Translations under genes and position numbers: made by a program
Notes under the pieces: model-generated
The model's input: the letters and a program-made list of their open reading frames with translations, nothing else
What the model was told of the DNA's origin: nothing
Database searches by the model: none
Shown here: piece after piece, positions 51,157 through 63,789 of the stretch
How positions within the stretch are numbered: position 1 is the first letter of the stretch
Layout of the letters: every line of letters starts with the position of its first letter
DNA from: Parasitella parasitica NRRL 2501
Taxonomy: Eukaryota; Fungi; Mucoromycota
Length of the DNA: 64,000 nt
Reading direction: 5' to 3'
NCBI GenBank assembly: GCA_025201805.1
Contig: MU619321.1
Location: forward strand, 1 to 64,000

Positions 51157-52809
51157 TCAACTCATATGATAATGCTCCTCTTGATGATGATAAAGCGTCG
51201 AAGAAGGTGAAGCAGAAGATGGCGATGATTTCGTAGCTATTGTTGCATCGGTTGCTACAGTGGGCGTACTAGAATCATTCGATAGCTTTCGAATATTCTT
51301 TACAGTAGCTTTTGGCTTATCGTATAAATGACATTTGTGCGCATGGCGATACCAGAGCATATAATTGTTCTTTTTCTTACCATTACAGGCAGACACAAAA
51401 CGATGGCATTGATGACAGAGCCCCTCAATCATGTCCCCTTTTCCCATACGTTGTTCTAAGGGTTTCATGAACGATTTTCCTGAAACAGAAGAAATACCAT
51501 GATAAAACTGTTTATGGTACCTTGAGGAGGATGAAGTTAGAGTTACAAGGTTATTGCAGCTATAGACAAACAACTTACCAGTAGGCGCTGTTTTTAAGCT
51601 GCAGCCATTTACCAGGCTGACAACTATCACAATAGCCTTCTTTCAAATGACCAGTAAATCGAACCCATTTGGGAGTGTAGTTATCACCGTCGTAGCGCAA
51701 TTTCTGTCTACGTGGCATAGCAGCAAGTAACTGGCAGTTATCGTTGATTGTAGACCCGGTAACAGAGGCATTCACATCTTCATATTGCAACATTGGGTCA
51801 GACGAAATCACATAATCTTGGTGTTGCTGCTGCTGATAGTGAGGTTGTGGCGGTGGCAAAATTTCATTATCTATTGGTGTTGAAGAAGGTACAATGTACT
51901 CGGCTGCATTCAGTACTCCTCTTACTGGACTGGCAATAGCAGTATCATTATTTTTGTTTGAATCAACAAGCCGGATGGATTTGTTTCGTTTTCTTATCAT
52001 CCATTGCTGCGATGTTGGTGTAGGTTCGCTTAAACTTGACACTACAAAAGGCATGTATTCTTCACCCAAAACTTGGTCAACCAAAGATCTTTTCTTGGAA
52101 TGTTTCTTTAGTGGTGATGAAGTGGACGAAGCGACATTCTGGGGCTGATAATCTGGGTTTTTTTGTAGCAACGTACTCTGTTGCCACGATGATTGACCTT
52201 GCTGCTGAGCAGATGCAGCTGGGAAGTGCTCAAATACATTAGGCATAGAAGCTCTTTCTTTGTTGTTACAAAGGGAAGCTTGAAAGGATGGCATCAAGTT
52301 GCCTAGCGTATCTGTCTCTTCTAGCGAAAAACGGCGATACTGTTCGGCTCCCTTGAATGAATGTGGATGACAGTCCTCTGCTGCCGTTGCTGCTGCTGCT
52401 GTTGCTGAAGAAGACGAGGACGACTCAGATGCAGTTACACCGAGCTCGTTGCAAGTGAATAAAACTACAGCATGTGTGAATACAATGCGCATTTACCTAA
52501 TTATACAAACGACTTACAGCTCATGTCAGACTGATATTCTCCTCCTAATCCCATTGGCCAATCGTTAGACATGTGGTGATTGAGAGATAGGCTCTCTAGT
52601 GGAATGGAAGTTACAGCTTGAGGGAAACAATCAAACTCTGATTGCGCCATGTTGAGCTTTTCAGTGTTACGTATGTCTTGATGTTGTTGTGATTGATGCT
52701 GCTGTGGCTGTTGTGTATATGCTGAATAATACAGTTCCATTGCGTATGACGGTTCTAAATCACAATTTGTGTTAGGTGGGAATCTTGCTGCTGCAGCGTA
52801 AGAAGACAT
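51157..52809 (-). CDS. Rua1/DUF4451-type zinc-binding regulator, 2 introns
   Basis: DNYTPKWVR...KEGYCDSC...WLQLKNSAYW|YHKQFYHGISS...EGLCHQC...WYRHAHKCH. Confidence 0.8.
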
Positions 52810-54125
52810 GTGTATCTGATAAAAGGGCAAAGAAGCGGCAAAATGTAAAGTTGAAGATATAAATGTGGATGTCTTGAATTGATGACTGCAATTAGAATAT
52901 GCGACTAATTTGGTATTATGTCGTACACAGAGACGTAGAAAAGAGAGGAAAAATGGAAGAAGAGGAGAGAAGGCAGCGCCAAATGTTAAGAACCCAAAAA
53001 ACCATTAAAAAAGTTTAATTGATAAAGTAAAATGGTTATTAAACCCGGCTAGTGTGACTCTAGCGTGCTGTTTAGGAGACACGAGAAAAGCAGACAGATC
53101 CAAATCGTGCGTTATCCTCATTATATCCTGAATGACATTGCACTAGACAATTGTATTTCTAATTGAATTAGTAGACATGTTTAAGAGAGTGCGCTAGCTT
53201 TCATCGTTTAGAGGTTCCTCCTTGTTTTCTTTTTATTTGTAGTAGCAGTAGCAAGAAATATGCAGCCGAACGGCTGCCAAAATACCGAAATGTTGGCTCA
53301 AAGGACCTTTAGAGTGCACTATCGAGTGCTGGCTCTCTATCCCGTTATTAGACAATCTCTATCTAAATTTTTTATTTCAGTTTTAACTTGGTACAAGTGG
53401 GATCAAATGTCCATCGATTTCAAGGTATAACAAAGTTACGGTATTTCAATCGGTCCTGGGTGCATATTCAAGTATATAGAACCTACAAATGTAAGTATAT
53501 CGTTATATAAAAGCCAACGTAATTTTCAAATGCGTGCAGTTTGCGTTTGGTTTAATAGCATGAAACTACTAATATATTAGAAAGAGTAAAGCTTATTGTT
53601 TTTCAGTCATAACCAACGGGTTCCTTAGCGGATCAAATAAATCAAGGAACGCTAAACGGAGAAAACAAACGTGCAGACCGTATTTATGGTATTTCTCAAA
53701 TAGGAGGCAAGAGCAAGGAGCGTATGGAAAGCTTTATAAAATTGTATGAGTGCACAACACATATGAACACTATCATCTAAACAGTTTATTTTTACAAAAC
53801 GCGTCAATCTTTCCGTTTTAAAGCAGTGAGCGCCAAGATTATTGATTGTTATATTAAATAACAGCGTTACACAAAAGCACAGACAAAAAGGACTTCCTTT
53901 TCTCCATGTAGAATGTCAACATGCGTCTTACTGTGCTTCCACTCTCAATTTACCGGATGTTTGAAAACACTACCCGCTTTTTTAGATAATTTTGGACACT
54001 TGTGTGAAGTTAAATTGCCCAAAAGAATAAAACTAATTTGGCCAAGCGTTTGAAGCTAATATGTCCAACATTTTGAAAATAAATTGTCCACTTTTAAGAA
54101 AATAATTTGACCAAATATTAAAATG

Positions 54126-54410
54126 ATTACAAAGGTTCTTTATTCAAGAATTTAGGGCACACATCAATCGAGTGCTGGATGAAATTTTGTATGTGTACAA
54201 CAGGAACATCCTCGCTGTTTTCAATTACTCTTGAAGAAAGTATTTCTGTATCTATCAATTCACTTCTTCTGATCCGGTCCTTCGGCGCTTTCCAAAACAT
54301 CTCGATAGGATTGATTTCAAGCGAATAAGGAGGAACGTATAATGGTAGACAACCCCTCTCTCAGATGATGGGGTCAACAGCGTCAGGAGAATGAATCATC
54401 ATGTTATTAT
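54126..54410 (-). pseudogene. Tc1/IS630-type transposase C-terminal fragment (left arm)
   Basis: IHSPDAVDPII*ERGCLPLYVPPYSLEINPIEMFWK...NKEPL*. Confidence 0.85.
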
Positions 54411-55057
54411 GTAGTGCCCATATGAAAGATAATGTCGTAATGTGCCTTTTCGAGTCAATAGTTGCAATGATGGCAATGTTTTCGATTTAATTTCAATGGT
54501 TGATCTTTATCACATACAGCAATTATATTTGTCTATGATTCGAATGAGATGAAATGCTGGATAACGCAGTTTTCGTTGATTATACATAGCATGATTCTTT
54601 CCAATATAATATTGTTTGAACTATCATTGAATGCACACACATCTACTTGCCTGCCAAACCTCACTCAAGGACGTACCAACTGTGAGTGAGGTACTACAAC
54701 TTTGCTAGCAAATCAGCGATTCTAATAGATTTATCAATTTACGCATAGCAATCTCAATAAGGTCTACAGTTCAATATAATGACATTAATAGTGAAATATT
54801 GCATTACTAAAGGCAGTGTACAGCTCATTCTGCCACAGGCTTGGTTTGCTATTAAAACAATTTAGCATCTGGCTAATACTTATATAAAGACCATGTGTAT
54901 CAGCTTGATCAATACTTCATCATCATCTGATCTTGTCAGTAATTTTATTCAAAGTGCACTATGTTAATTATTTTTTGAATGATAACAAAGATGACTATTC
55001 TATAATTGATAATAATGATTTCTGTATAATTTGTATAATAAAATGCGACAGATTCAT

Positions 55058-58000
55058 TCAATTTTCACTTTTAGCTTTGTATCTCCAAGTTGGAGCCTGT
55101 CTTGCTTTGAGGGAAGGCAGTGGTTCATCCTGGTCTTCATCTCCTTGCATTTTTCTTTTCATGCTTTTCTTTATTTTCTTCTTATCATTAAGTGTTTGTT
55201 TGATTATATCTGCTGCGTTTAATGTGTAGTGCTAAAATTCAAAATATATTAGTATTAGGTTTATCATTTTCGTTTCTTCTCATTTAACCTTTAAATCAAA
55301 GATATCTTCAATGATAGCTTTACAGTGTTTCTTGAGTTCGGGAACCGTCGATGGTAGAATGTATAATTTGATAGAGTTGGCAGCGTACAAATTATTATCA
55401 ACAAGGTTTACAGATATGGTGTTTGTTTCTAGGCCTAAACATATTAAATATTTAGTCTTGTAATAAAATGTCAAAGAATAAAGCCAAAGCTTACCCATCA
55501 TGATATGAACATTGACCACATTTAAGAGGCTGCATTTTCTTCATTTACATTCAAACTCATTACTTTGTCACAAATAATCTTTGCTTCTACTAGTAATTTG
55601 CTTCGATCGGTTATAATTCTCTCAAGGCCAGCATAAGGTGCGAACTCAACAGCACATACAGGGTATTCAGCATTATCGCACAACAGCACAAGCTTTGCAT
55701 CTAATTTAAAGATGGTATTTCCATCATCACCAGTAGCCAGTCTCTTTTCTCCCCTATGTATATGTAAGCTAATTTTGTTCGTAGACATAAACTACACACG
55801 AAATTTACCAGCGAATGTATATTCCAGTGCTGTAAAAGAGAACTTCAAATATATCAGCCCAGATTTTGATCATGACATCTGCTTCTGATGGCGTTGGCTT
55901 TGAGAGGGTGAATATTGAGTTATGCGTAATCATCTTATCAATGCTAAAAAAAAATAGGTTGTCAATCATTCAAGAAATGGTTTTTATAATAACTAGCTGA
56001 CCTGCTCGCTTCGCTCACGACGGCCATCGTCGCCCTACCGGGAGCTCAATCTTTTGATAAGTGCTAATCAGATATTCAATGCTCTTTTATTGTTGTTTAT
56101 CTATAACTTAAAATATATTGTTAGACAGAAATAAAAATATAGATGTAGTAACGCACAATAGGAAAAAAACGTAAAAATCAGTAGAGTTATTTAAATACTT
56201 CATGGAATACAATATTATCGGTGTATGATCCAGTATAGTTTTTGGTAGTTGAGGTATTTCTATGCAGGAGAATTTTGATTGAAGATAGCTGCTTAATGCG
56301 CGAGAAAGCAACATATAACTGGCCATGTGAGAAAAAGACCAAGAAAGTCGAGTGTTGAGCCTTGATGGTCATGGTGAATACCGGTCTAACAGACAATTAG
56401 CAATCAACTCAGGACAGTACAAAGAGAAATCGGGGTTTGCACTGGTGCCTCCATTTTTCTCTATGCCCACATGCGTGCTTGACAATGGCGACAGATGCTG
56501 TTCCTTCCACCAAGATCATGGCGTTTGGTGAAAGAGGGTGTACTTCTTCTAGCCATGTTATGAGTATTGTTGTGTATTAATTTGGCACCCAATCTACTGG
56601 TAGATCGCAAATGACTTTCTTGTCCACAGCTTGAACAAATACGTCTGCTGGTTGTTGCATCATTAACGCTGATTGTTTCTGTTTGCTGATCTACTTTCAT
56701 AGTTTCAGATTGAGATCCCAGTTTATACAAAGAGTTCGATTATGATTGTAAAGTGAAAACAAATTTGAGTCATACGATTAGCAATGTTGTTAGCACAATG
56801 ACGATAAGAAGATCGATGATGGCCTATAACACCACAGCTCCCGCAAGTGTTAGTATTAGCACGGGTGTTATTGAGGCAAAGCCTGCTTGCAGAACGCGAA
56901 TGGCCTTCTTGACCACAGCTTGAGCAGATTCTAATAGCAAGCACTCTGTGTTTGTAGTAATAAAAAGTGTCAACATATTTGTATTAAACAAAACAGAGTG
57001 TGCAGCTTAAAAAGTCGCCTTTGCTGGTTAGACCATGTCCAATTTCGAAAGATTCAAGCTTTTTCGCCCGAATTTCGACATTATTCACTTTGTTTAGAAA
57101 GTTTTGTTTCATAATTAATGTACACGACCATGTTTAGAAAGTTTTGTTTCATACGCACATATTTTACTTAAAATTTTCTGACGCGTTAAAGTATTTTTAA
57201 TTAGTTTCTGAAATTGAGGATGTACTTGGCTCAACGCCGACTTCTCGAAATTTAACAAACTGGAATGGAACTGAAAAAGCCAACTAAAGCATTTGTTAAC
57301 TCCATTTCTTCTTGGTTTAGGTTTGTTTTGCTTTATTCTTGAGCTTCAAGCGACTTTAATGCGACTGTTTTTTTTACGAAGCGTGTAAAAAATTTGCAGA
57401 CTCCATTTTTTTAATAATATAGAATATAAACTTTCATAACGCTTACTACTTCATACCCTATTTTTTCATTAAATCTGGATGCCTTTCGCTGATATTCTTT
57501 CGCTTTCCAATAGCATTCTTCCATATTTTGAGGGTTCTATCATAGCGTTTGTTATACATTTAACACAACTAAATGTTTGTGCTTGATACATACATTGAAC
57601 ATTCTATTGATTTTCTGCAATACCGGTCTGCATTTAACTAAGCCATCATTGTTTGGAGCTGTTGCAAATAAGGATTTCATCTGTGACCAATCATCTTTTG
57701 AGAATAGCATATGTTGTCTGGTCAAAGATCCATGCGTTAAATCAATACTACAATTCAAGCCACAGCTTTGTCAAAAAAGAAATCAGTATTATTTTTGGTT
57801 GTTAAAGTCAACTGTCCAAACTTACTCTACAAGTGCGATGTCAGAAGGAGGTAATGACCTGTAGTTCGTTTGTTTCTTCATCGCTTCACGCTTAATAATT
57901 GTTCCCACCGACAACTCGTTGTTTATTTTTATGTTGTCCTCATTAATATACTATAAAAATATCAAAATTTTAATTTGCATTGAAAATAATATTTATAAAA

Positions 58001-58600
58001 TGTGTTTACTCGTTCGATTTCCTCTATCCTTTTATTGATTTCCTCAGCAGACTCCTCTATAGAATTGGAAGCTAATGCTTTTTTTTTGTTAACCTCCTCA
58101 AGGAAATTTGTTGCTGTGAGGTTACTAAATATCGCTCCTTGGAAAGTTCTGTTTTCTAAGCTTTGTAAATATTTTTTTTCGTTCTAAGCAAAGCATACAT
58201 AAAGAAGACTAATGAGTAATAGTGGAGACATGTTAGTAAATTGAAGAGTACCTCTTTATTCATTTTGGTTTTAAACGATTACTACACTGCTTTTGCAGTT
58301 TTAGTGATGTATAATCTAATTTTATTTTTCTAAGTATTTTTGTCCGTGTGAATTCGTCTGATGTTCGTCCATTCACAATTTGTTGAATCAAATCTTTTCA
58401 GGCATAGCTATCTCTGATGTTGGTGTTTTCTTAGTGATAACCTGCCATCTCCATGACAGTAAACTGGATGTCAAGAATGAAATTGTGATGGATAGACTCG
58501 GATCTTTTGTTTCTTGGGAGAACATTGATAGGAGACAGCTATACCTACCTAGGTTTTACTTTTTCTATAATGAAGGAGCTTAATCTTTTGATGGTTGGAA
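55058..58600 (-). pseudogene. Spliced cargo gene, putative PD-(D/E)XK restriction-endonuclease-fold protein, decayed
   Basis: Exons read GLNCSIDL, SEADVMIKIWADIFEVLF...IRW|GEK, FKLDAKLVL...VCAVEFA...ITDRSKLLVEAK; frameshift near 55522 and stops in the 5' exons; fold assignment is by motif pattern only. Confidence 0.55.
55993..57423 (-). mobile_element. Internally deleted Helitron (1.43 kb)
   Basis: 5' TCTATATTA, 3' GC-rich hairpin region then CTAG|T; PIF1 motifs VRPVFTMTIKAQ and FSHGQLYVAFSR; RHDLG...CRHCQARMW zinc finger; three CxxCG..(G/S)H knuckles. Confidence 0.85.
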
Positions 58601-58701
58601 AGATGGCTTGAGCTGACTGTCCGCAATATCTGGGGAGTGCCTCCAGCCTTCATTGTAACTAAAAGCAGGCAGCTGTTTGATAGGAGATAGTTATACATAT
58701 A

Positions 58702-58983
58702 GATAGTGCCCCGATCTATTATCCTGATGCTGTTGACCCCATCATCTAAGAGAGGGGTTGTCTACCATTATACGTTCCTCCTTATTCGCTTGAAATCAAT
58801 CCTATCGAGATGTTTTGGAAAGCGCCGAAGGACCGGATCAGAAGAAGTGAATTGATAGATACAGAAATACTTTCTTCAAGAGTAATTGAAAACAGCGAGG
58901 ATGTTCCTGTTGTACACATACAAAATTTCATCCAGCACTCGATTGATGTGTGCCCTAAATTCTTGAATAAAGAACCTTTGTAA
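58702..58983 (+). pseudogene. Tc1/IS630-type DD34E transposase C-terminal fragment (right arm)
   Basis: DSAPIY...NPIE with 34 residues between D and E; in-frame TAA. Confidence 0.85.
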
Positions 58984-59626
58984 TCATTTTAATATTTGGT
59001 CAAATTATTTTCTTAAAAGTGGACAATTTATTTTCAAAATGTTGGACATATTAGCTTCAAACGCTTGGCCAAATTAGTTTTATTCTTTTGGGCAATTTAA
59101 CTTCACACAAGTGTCCAAAATTATCTAAAAAAGCGGGCAGTGTTTTCAAACATCCGGTAAATTGAGAGTGGAAGCACAGTACAAGCATTTAGTGGTCATT
59201 TCAACCTGTATCAAAGTTGAAAGATAAAATAATAGACCAATTTTATACTATAAATGCGAATCTAGATTCTTTGGTATTTACAGACAAAAATTATTAGATA
59301 TGCATGTAAAGGATGATCAGCTTTGATTGAATTAAAGTCAACTTCGACTGATTTTATTCAAGTGAGCCTAGTATTTGTTCAAAAAGGATAATTTGATGGT
59401 ATGAAAGTATGTTTTATTCAGCTATTAGCTCATTTCCTCAAAACATGCGATTACGTGTATCCCAGGTAAAACTGTATGAAGTAAAGGATTCTGGTATTTT
59501 TTTTTTTTTTTTTTTTTTTTGGAATTAATATTAATAGTAAATAGTGTTAATATATAAATAGTGTCTTTACATTTGTACAATAAGAAAAAGAAAGGTGGGA
59601 GGGAATATATATATATATTTTCTTCA

Positions 59627-61282
59627 TTACAGATCAAGGCATTTTGTATTTAATTCATGTGCAAAATCCATGACAAGGATCTTTCTATCTTGACTTGAAC
59701 TAGTAAAAGCTTTTAGGACCGTGAATATTTCACGTTGTCATAGGCTTTACCTGATGATGCGCTTATTGTCGAAATGAACATCAAAAATCCAGCTGGTATG
59801 TCCACTTTGAAAGTTGAGTAAACATGCTCCAGAGCTAAAATAGGCGCGAAAAATTAGAATGAATAATTCAATCAGTACTGTAAGTTGAATAATAATTTTA
59901 CTCGATGTCCCATACGCGGATGCTTTGATCGTAGCTGGCGCTAACAATCTTGCTGCCATTTAAGCGAAGGTTTCTCACAAGTCCAGTGTGGCCTTGAAAC
60001 ACACGGGTGCATACACCAGTCTATACAATAGGGTGAGCAAACATATAATTGAGCTTCATAGCGTACTTCCTGTTACCTCAGCATCCCATACGCGAATAGT
60101 GTGATCATTCGAGCCACTGACGATTGTCTTGCCATCATATTGTACACAAGCTAAACCATGCTTATGACCAGCATATTCACGAATCAGATCACCAGTAGAT
60201 ACTCTCCATAGCTTGATCAATGCATCACTGGAGGCTGACACAAGATATTCACCTTTCAACTGGATGGCATTCACAGGGCCTTGATGACCCATTATCATAC
60301 GAATTGGTTGAAACGTGCTGCTGCTCCATATACGAATAGAAGCGTCTTTTGAAGAGCTGACAATATAGCGCTCATCAAATGAAATGTCAGACACACCAGA
60401 AGAGTGGCCCTGAAATGGAACGGTCAATAACTCAACATTAATACACGATTAATGGTGCTCACATGAAGACGGCCTCGGATGCGTTTGGTTCTCATATCCC
60501 ATATAATAACAGTATGATCTGATGATCCAGAAATAATGACTTGATCGTTGTACTGCAGACACAGTACGCTACCTTGGTGTCCTTCTAGTGTATGGGTGCA
60601 TTGATATAGATTTAGATTCCAAATTTTAATTGTGCGATCTCTACTGCCAGTGATTATCTTTTCGTCATCAAATTGAAGGCAATAAACGCTGTCTTGATGG
60701 CCTAATAAGTAATGGGAAGCTACTTTCCCAATACTCCATCGATATTGCAGCTGATATCTTTGCTTGAACCAATAATACCAGGTTTGCTCTTCTTCAGACA
60801 GGTAAATGTTCGGTAGTATCTTCAGTTTCCAATTGTTTTCTGTCGTTTTCAGTTTCCAGATTTCGTCGATATAAAATAAGCGAGCCCACACTCGCGATAC
60901 TTTAGGAACAGCTAGTAATGTGTCAAAATCGAGCAGTGATATGATAAAAGTACATAGCTCGGTTGGCAATTTTTGCGTAAAATCTAGGTTGATCTGATAG
61001 TTTAGTGCGTAGTGTTCGTTTGCATGTATGATTTATATGTTATATACCTATTCTTTTTAATGGCTTTTTATTATGGTTAATTTCGGGTTCTAAACTATGA
61101 TAATAGACAACTCTTTTTCCTGTTGGTGATCTCGGTTTCATCAACTTTCCAGCATTGTTATATTTGACCTGATGCCGACTTTCCCGTTGATCGTCTGTCA
61201 TTTCAACATCTTGATGTATGTAGTAGGGAATTGCAACTGGTATTCCGCCGTAGTTGTCATTGTTGTCGTTGTTGTTATTCAT
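59627..61282 (-). CDS. F-box/WD40 protein (beta-TrCP/FWD1-like), multi-exon
   Basis: F-box LPTELCTFIISLLD...VSRVW; WD repeats GHQDSVYCLQFDDEKIITGSRDRTIKIW and GHKHGLACVQY. Confidence 0.9.
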
Positions 61283-62149
61283 AAGAAAGTAAAATGTATA
61301 AATTCAAGAGAGAAAAGCTATTTTACTCTTTTTGGTCACTGTCTAATGTATGTTTTTCAAAGAGTCCAAAATGGGTAATTTAACAAACGTCACGTGTATA
61401 TACATGTAAAGACTTAAAAAACCCACTGTTGGATGATAAAATGATGCCCTTGGACCATATTATAGCAATATAGTTTTAACAGAAGTCTAGGATTATCCAT
61501 CAACCCATATTACAAATGAAATTGTCTCAATTTGGTCATGCTAAAACCTTTACGTTCAAAACACTTTAACAATACATTAAGGCAGGTGCTCATCTGCCAT
61601 AAAATACAGAGGAGTAAAAAGTAAAAATGTGATTTGCATTGATCATTATATCACTTGATTTGAGACTCTTAAGGTTTATTAATTTTTTCTACAGCTGAAG
61701 AAAGTACTTCATATTTTGCTATGTGCAGCCTGAAAACAAATCATACTACGAGTAAATGAAGCTTAGTAACAAAATTATTCACCATACAGTACAAATCGAT
61801 AAAATATGGATAATATGTATTCAAATCTGAGAATGACAAAGCACAAGAAATAGAAAAATTAATTTTGCAGACAATCTGGAAAACTAAAATAACAAAACAT
61901 TGTTCATACCATTTTTTTATTGAGTGCCATTTGATATATTCATGTTACTTGCACACTACAAAGAATTGACGCTTGATCCGCTTCCTTCCTACTTGGTCAT
62001 TGTCCTGCCCTAAAATTGAACATTCGTAATTACTGAGTTAGGTAAAAAAACAAATTATATACCAATTAACAAACGAGGGTTATTTATTTTGACATTGAGT
62101 ATTCAAAATTAAAATTAGAAGCCACATACACCACACAAAAATATAAAAA

Positions 62150-62220
62150 TGCGCGATCGGGGAATCGAACCCCGGCCCTTCGCGTGGCAGGCGAAGATTA
62201 TACCACTTAACCAACCGCGC
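62150..62220 (-). tRNA. tRNA-Gly (anticodon GCC)
   Basis: Acceptor stem GCGCGGT/ATCGCGC; anticodon arm TTCGC-CTGCCAC-GCGAA; GGTTCGATTCC; oligo-T terminator. Confidence 0.95.
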
Positions 62221-63172
62221 ATTTACAATAATGTCAGATGTAGATATTAATACAACACAATTAATAATTATAATTTGGAGGAAAAGCACGTGATATACAC
62301 TATGCAATGTTAAGGCAAATGTTAGATAAGAGAGTATATAGTAAACTTTGATTAACAGAATAAAGATGATGCTTATTTAATAAATTTCATGTTATAACTG
62401 TAACTTTTTCCAGAAGTTTCCATGGTTTTGTATATGTCTATCTTGGTTTCTAGAAATTGCTATCTATTTATAATATAAATAATAAGCTTTATGTTTCTTT
62501 AACTTTCTGTGATCTGCCATAATGTAGGTTAGGAGATCATGATAGTGTACTTCAATTAAAGATTGGAGATCGTCCAATGACGTGTTGTTATACTTAAAGA
62601 AAGTCTCTGTTTCAAATCGAGAGGGTTACCTGTAACACAGATCTGTATGATTGACAAACAATAAGGTACTGTCAGATCAAAGATCAATAACCTTGTAGTA
62701 TAATAATACATCGTACCCTGTTAAGGATATAATGTTGCTTGCAAATTATTCTTATCGATTAGTATCGACTAGTATTTTAAATAAGTCACCAAAAATTTAT
62801 GTTGTTGTAAAAAGTATAAATAGCAAATGCAAAGTTGAATCTTTAATAAAGTAATCTCAAGTTTTCGTATCTCGTTAATTCAACGTTTTATATTATACTT
62901 TTCTTATTTCGATCTTGCAGATCTCAACATTCTGGAAGGAGGTACTCTTGGCTTGAACTTGCGTTTACCCGGCTTGGCCACTGATACCTCCGGAATACCT
63001 GCCGAACCAGTACTGACAAATTTGATACACATACGTATTTTTTTTAGTTGTCAACTTGACACTATACTTATTAACTCTCAAAAGAAAATACTCGCGTGAT
63101 AATTGTAGGAGTATTAATCATTTAATTATACATTTAAAATGTTGAAGTTTATTGTTACATTATGATCTGGGG

Positions 63173-63354
63173 CGTTGTGTCAAAACAAGTCATTAAAATG
63201 AATCTGCCAAAGAGTTACACTTTTATTAGAAATACATCCTCCAAATGCAACTAAGATTTATATATAGAGCATGCGGTTCCCTGATTTACCCACGCACATT
63301 GGATTTAGCCTCTTGATCTGGCTACAAACTCTATAGCATGTTATTGATATAACA
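63173..63354. mobile_element. Diverged relative of LTR family B
   Basis: Shares AATCTGCCAAAGA.TTACAC.TTTATT and the terminal CATGTTATTGATATAACA with 899-1109; the middle differs. Confidence 0.65.
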
Positions 63355-63685
63355 AAGTCCAAATTTATATAGTACACAAGAATAAAACAAAACAAACATA
63401 AACCAAGAAGGCATGGAGTTAACAAATGCTTTGGTTGGTTTTTTCAATTCCATTCCAGTTTATTGATTTTCGAGAAGTCGACGTTGCGTCTAGCACATCT
63501 CATTTTCAGAAACTAGTTAAAAATATGTCAACACTTCAGAAAATTAAAAGTAAAATATGTGGGTATGAAACAAAGCATGAAATAAATGATCATATATCTT
63601 CATTTAAAATAAAAGCTCTCTAAAAAAAAAGTAAATAATGCTGAAAGTCGGGCGAAATACGCGCAGTTAGACAATTGAACTCTGG

Positions 63686-63745
63686 TGTAATAAATGTGTA
63701 TGTAATTCTTTGATGGATTTATTTTATCAGACTTTTGACATAACA
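63686..63745. mobile_element. Truncated LTR family B end (inverted)
   Basis: GATTTATTTTATCAGACTTTTGACATAACA is the reverse complement of 899-928. Confidence 0.7.
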
Positions 63746-63789
63746 CCAGCCTTTAAGAAGACCTCTACTAACGCTACCAAGAATACCAG

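Larger units (their letters stand above)
53931..59179. mobile_element. Composite non-autonomous Tc1-derived element with 458-bp inverted arms and cargo
   Basis: TA|CTGTGCTTCCACTCTC...GAGAGTGGAAGCACAG|TA; arms 53931-54388 and 58722-59179 differ at 3 positions by eye. Confidence 0.88.

Noticed and set aside
62583-62929. Possible LTR (TATAAATA, AATAAA, ends CTCAACA)
   Set aside because: Start not definable; no TSD or primer-binding site.
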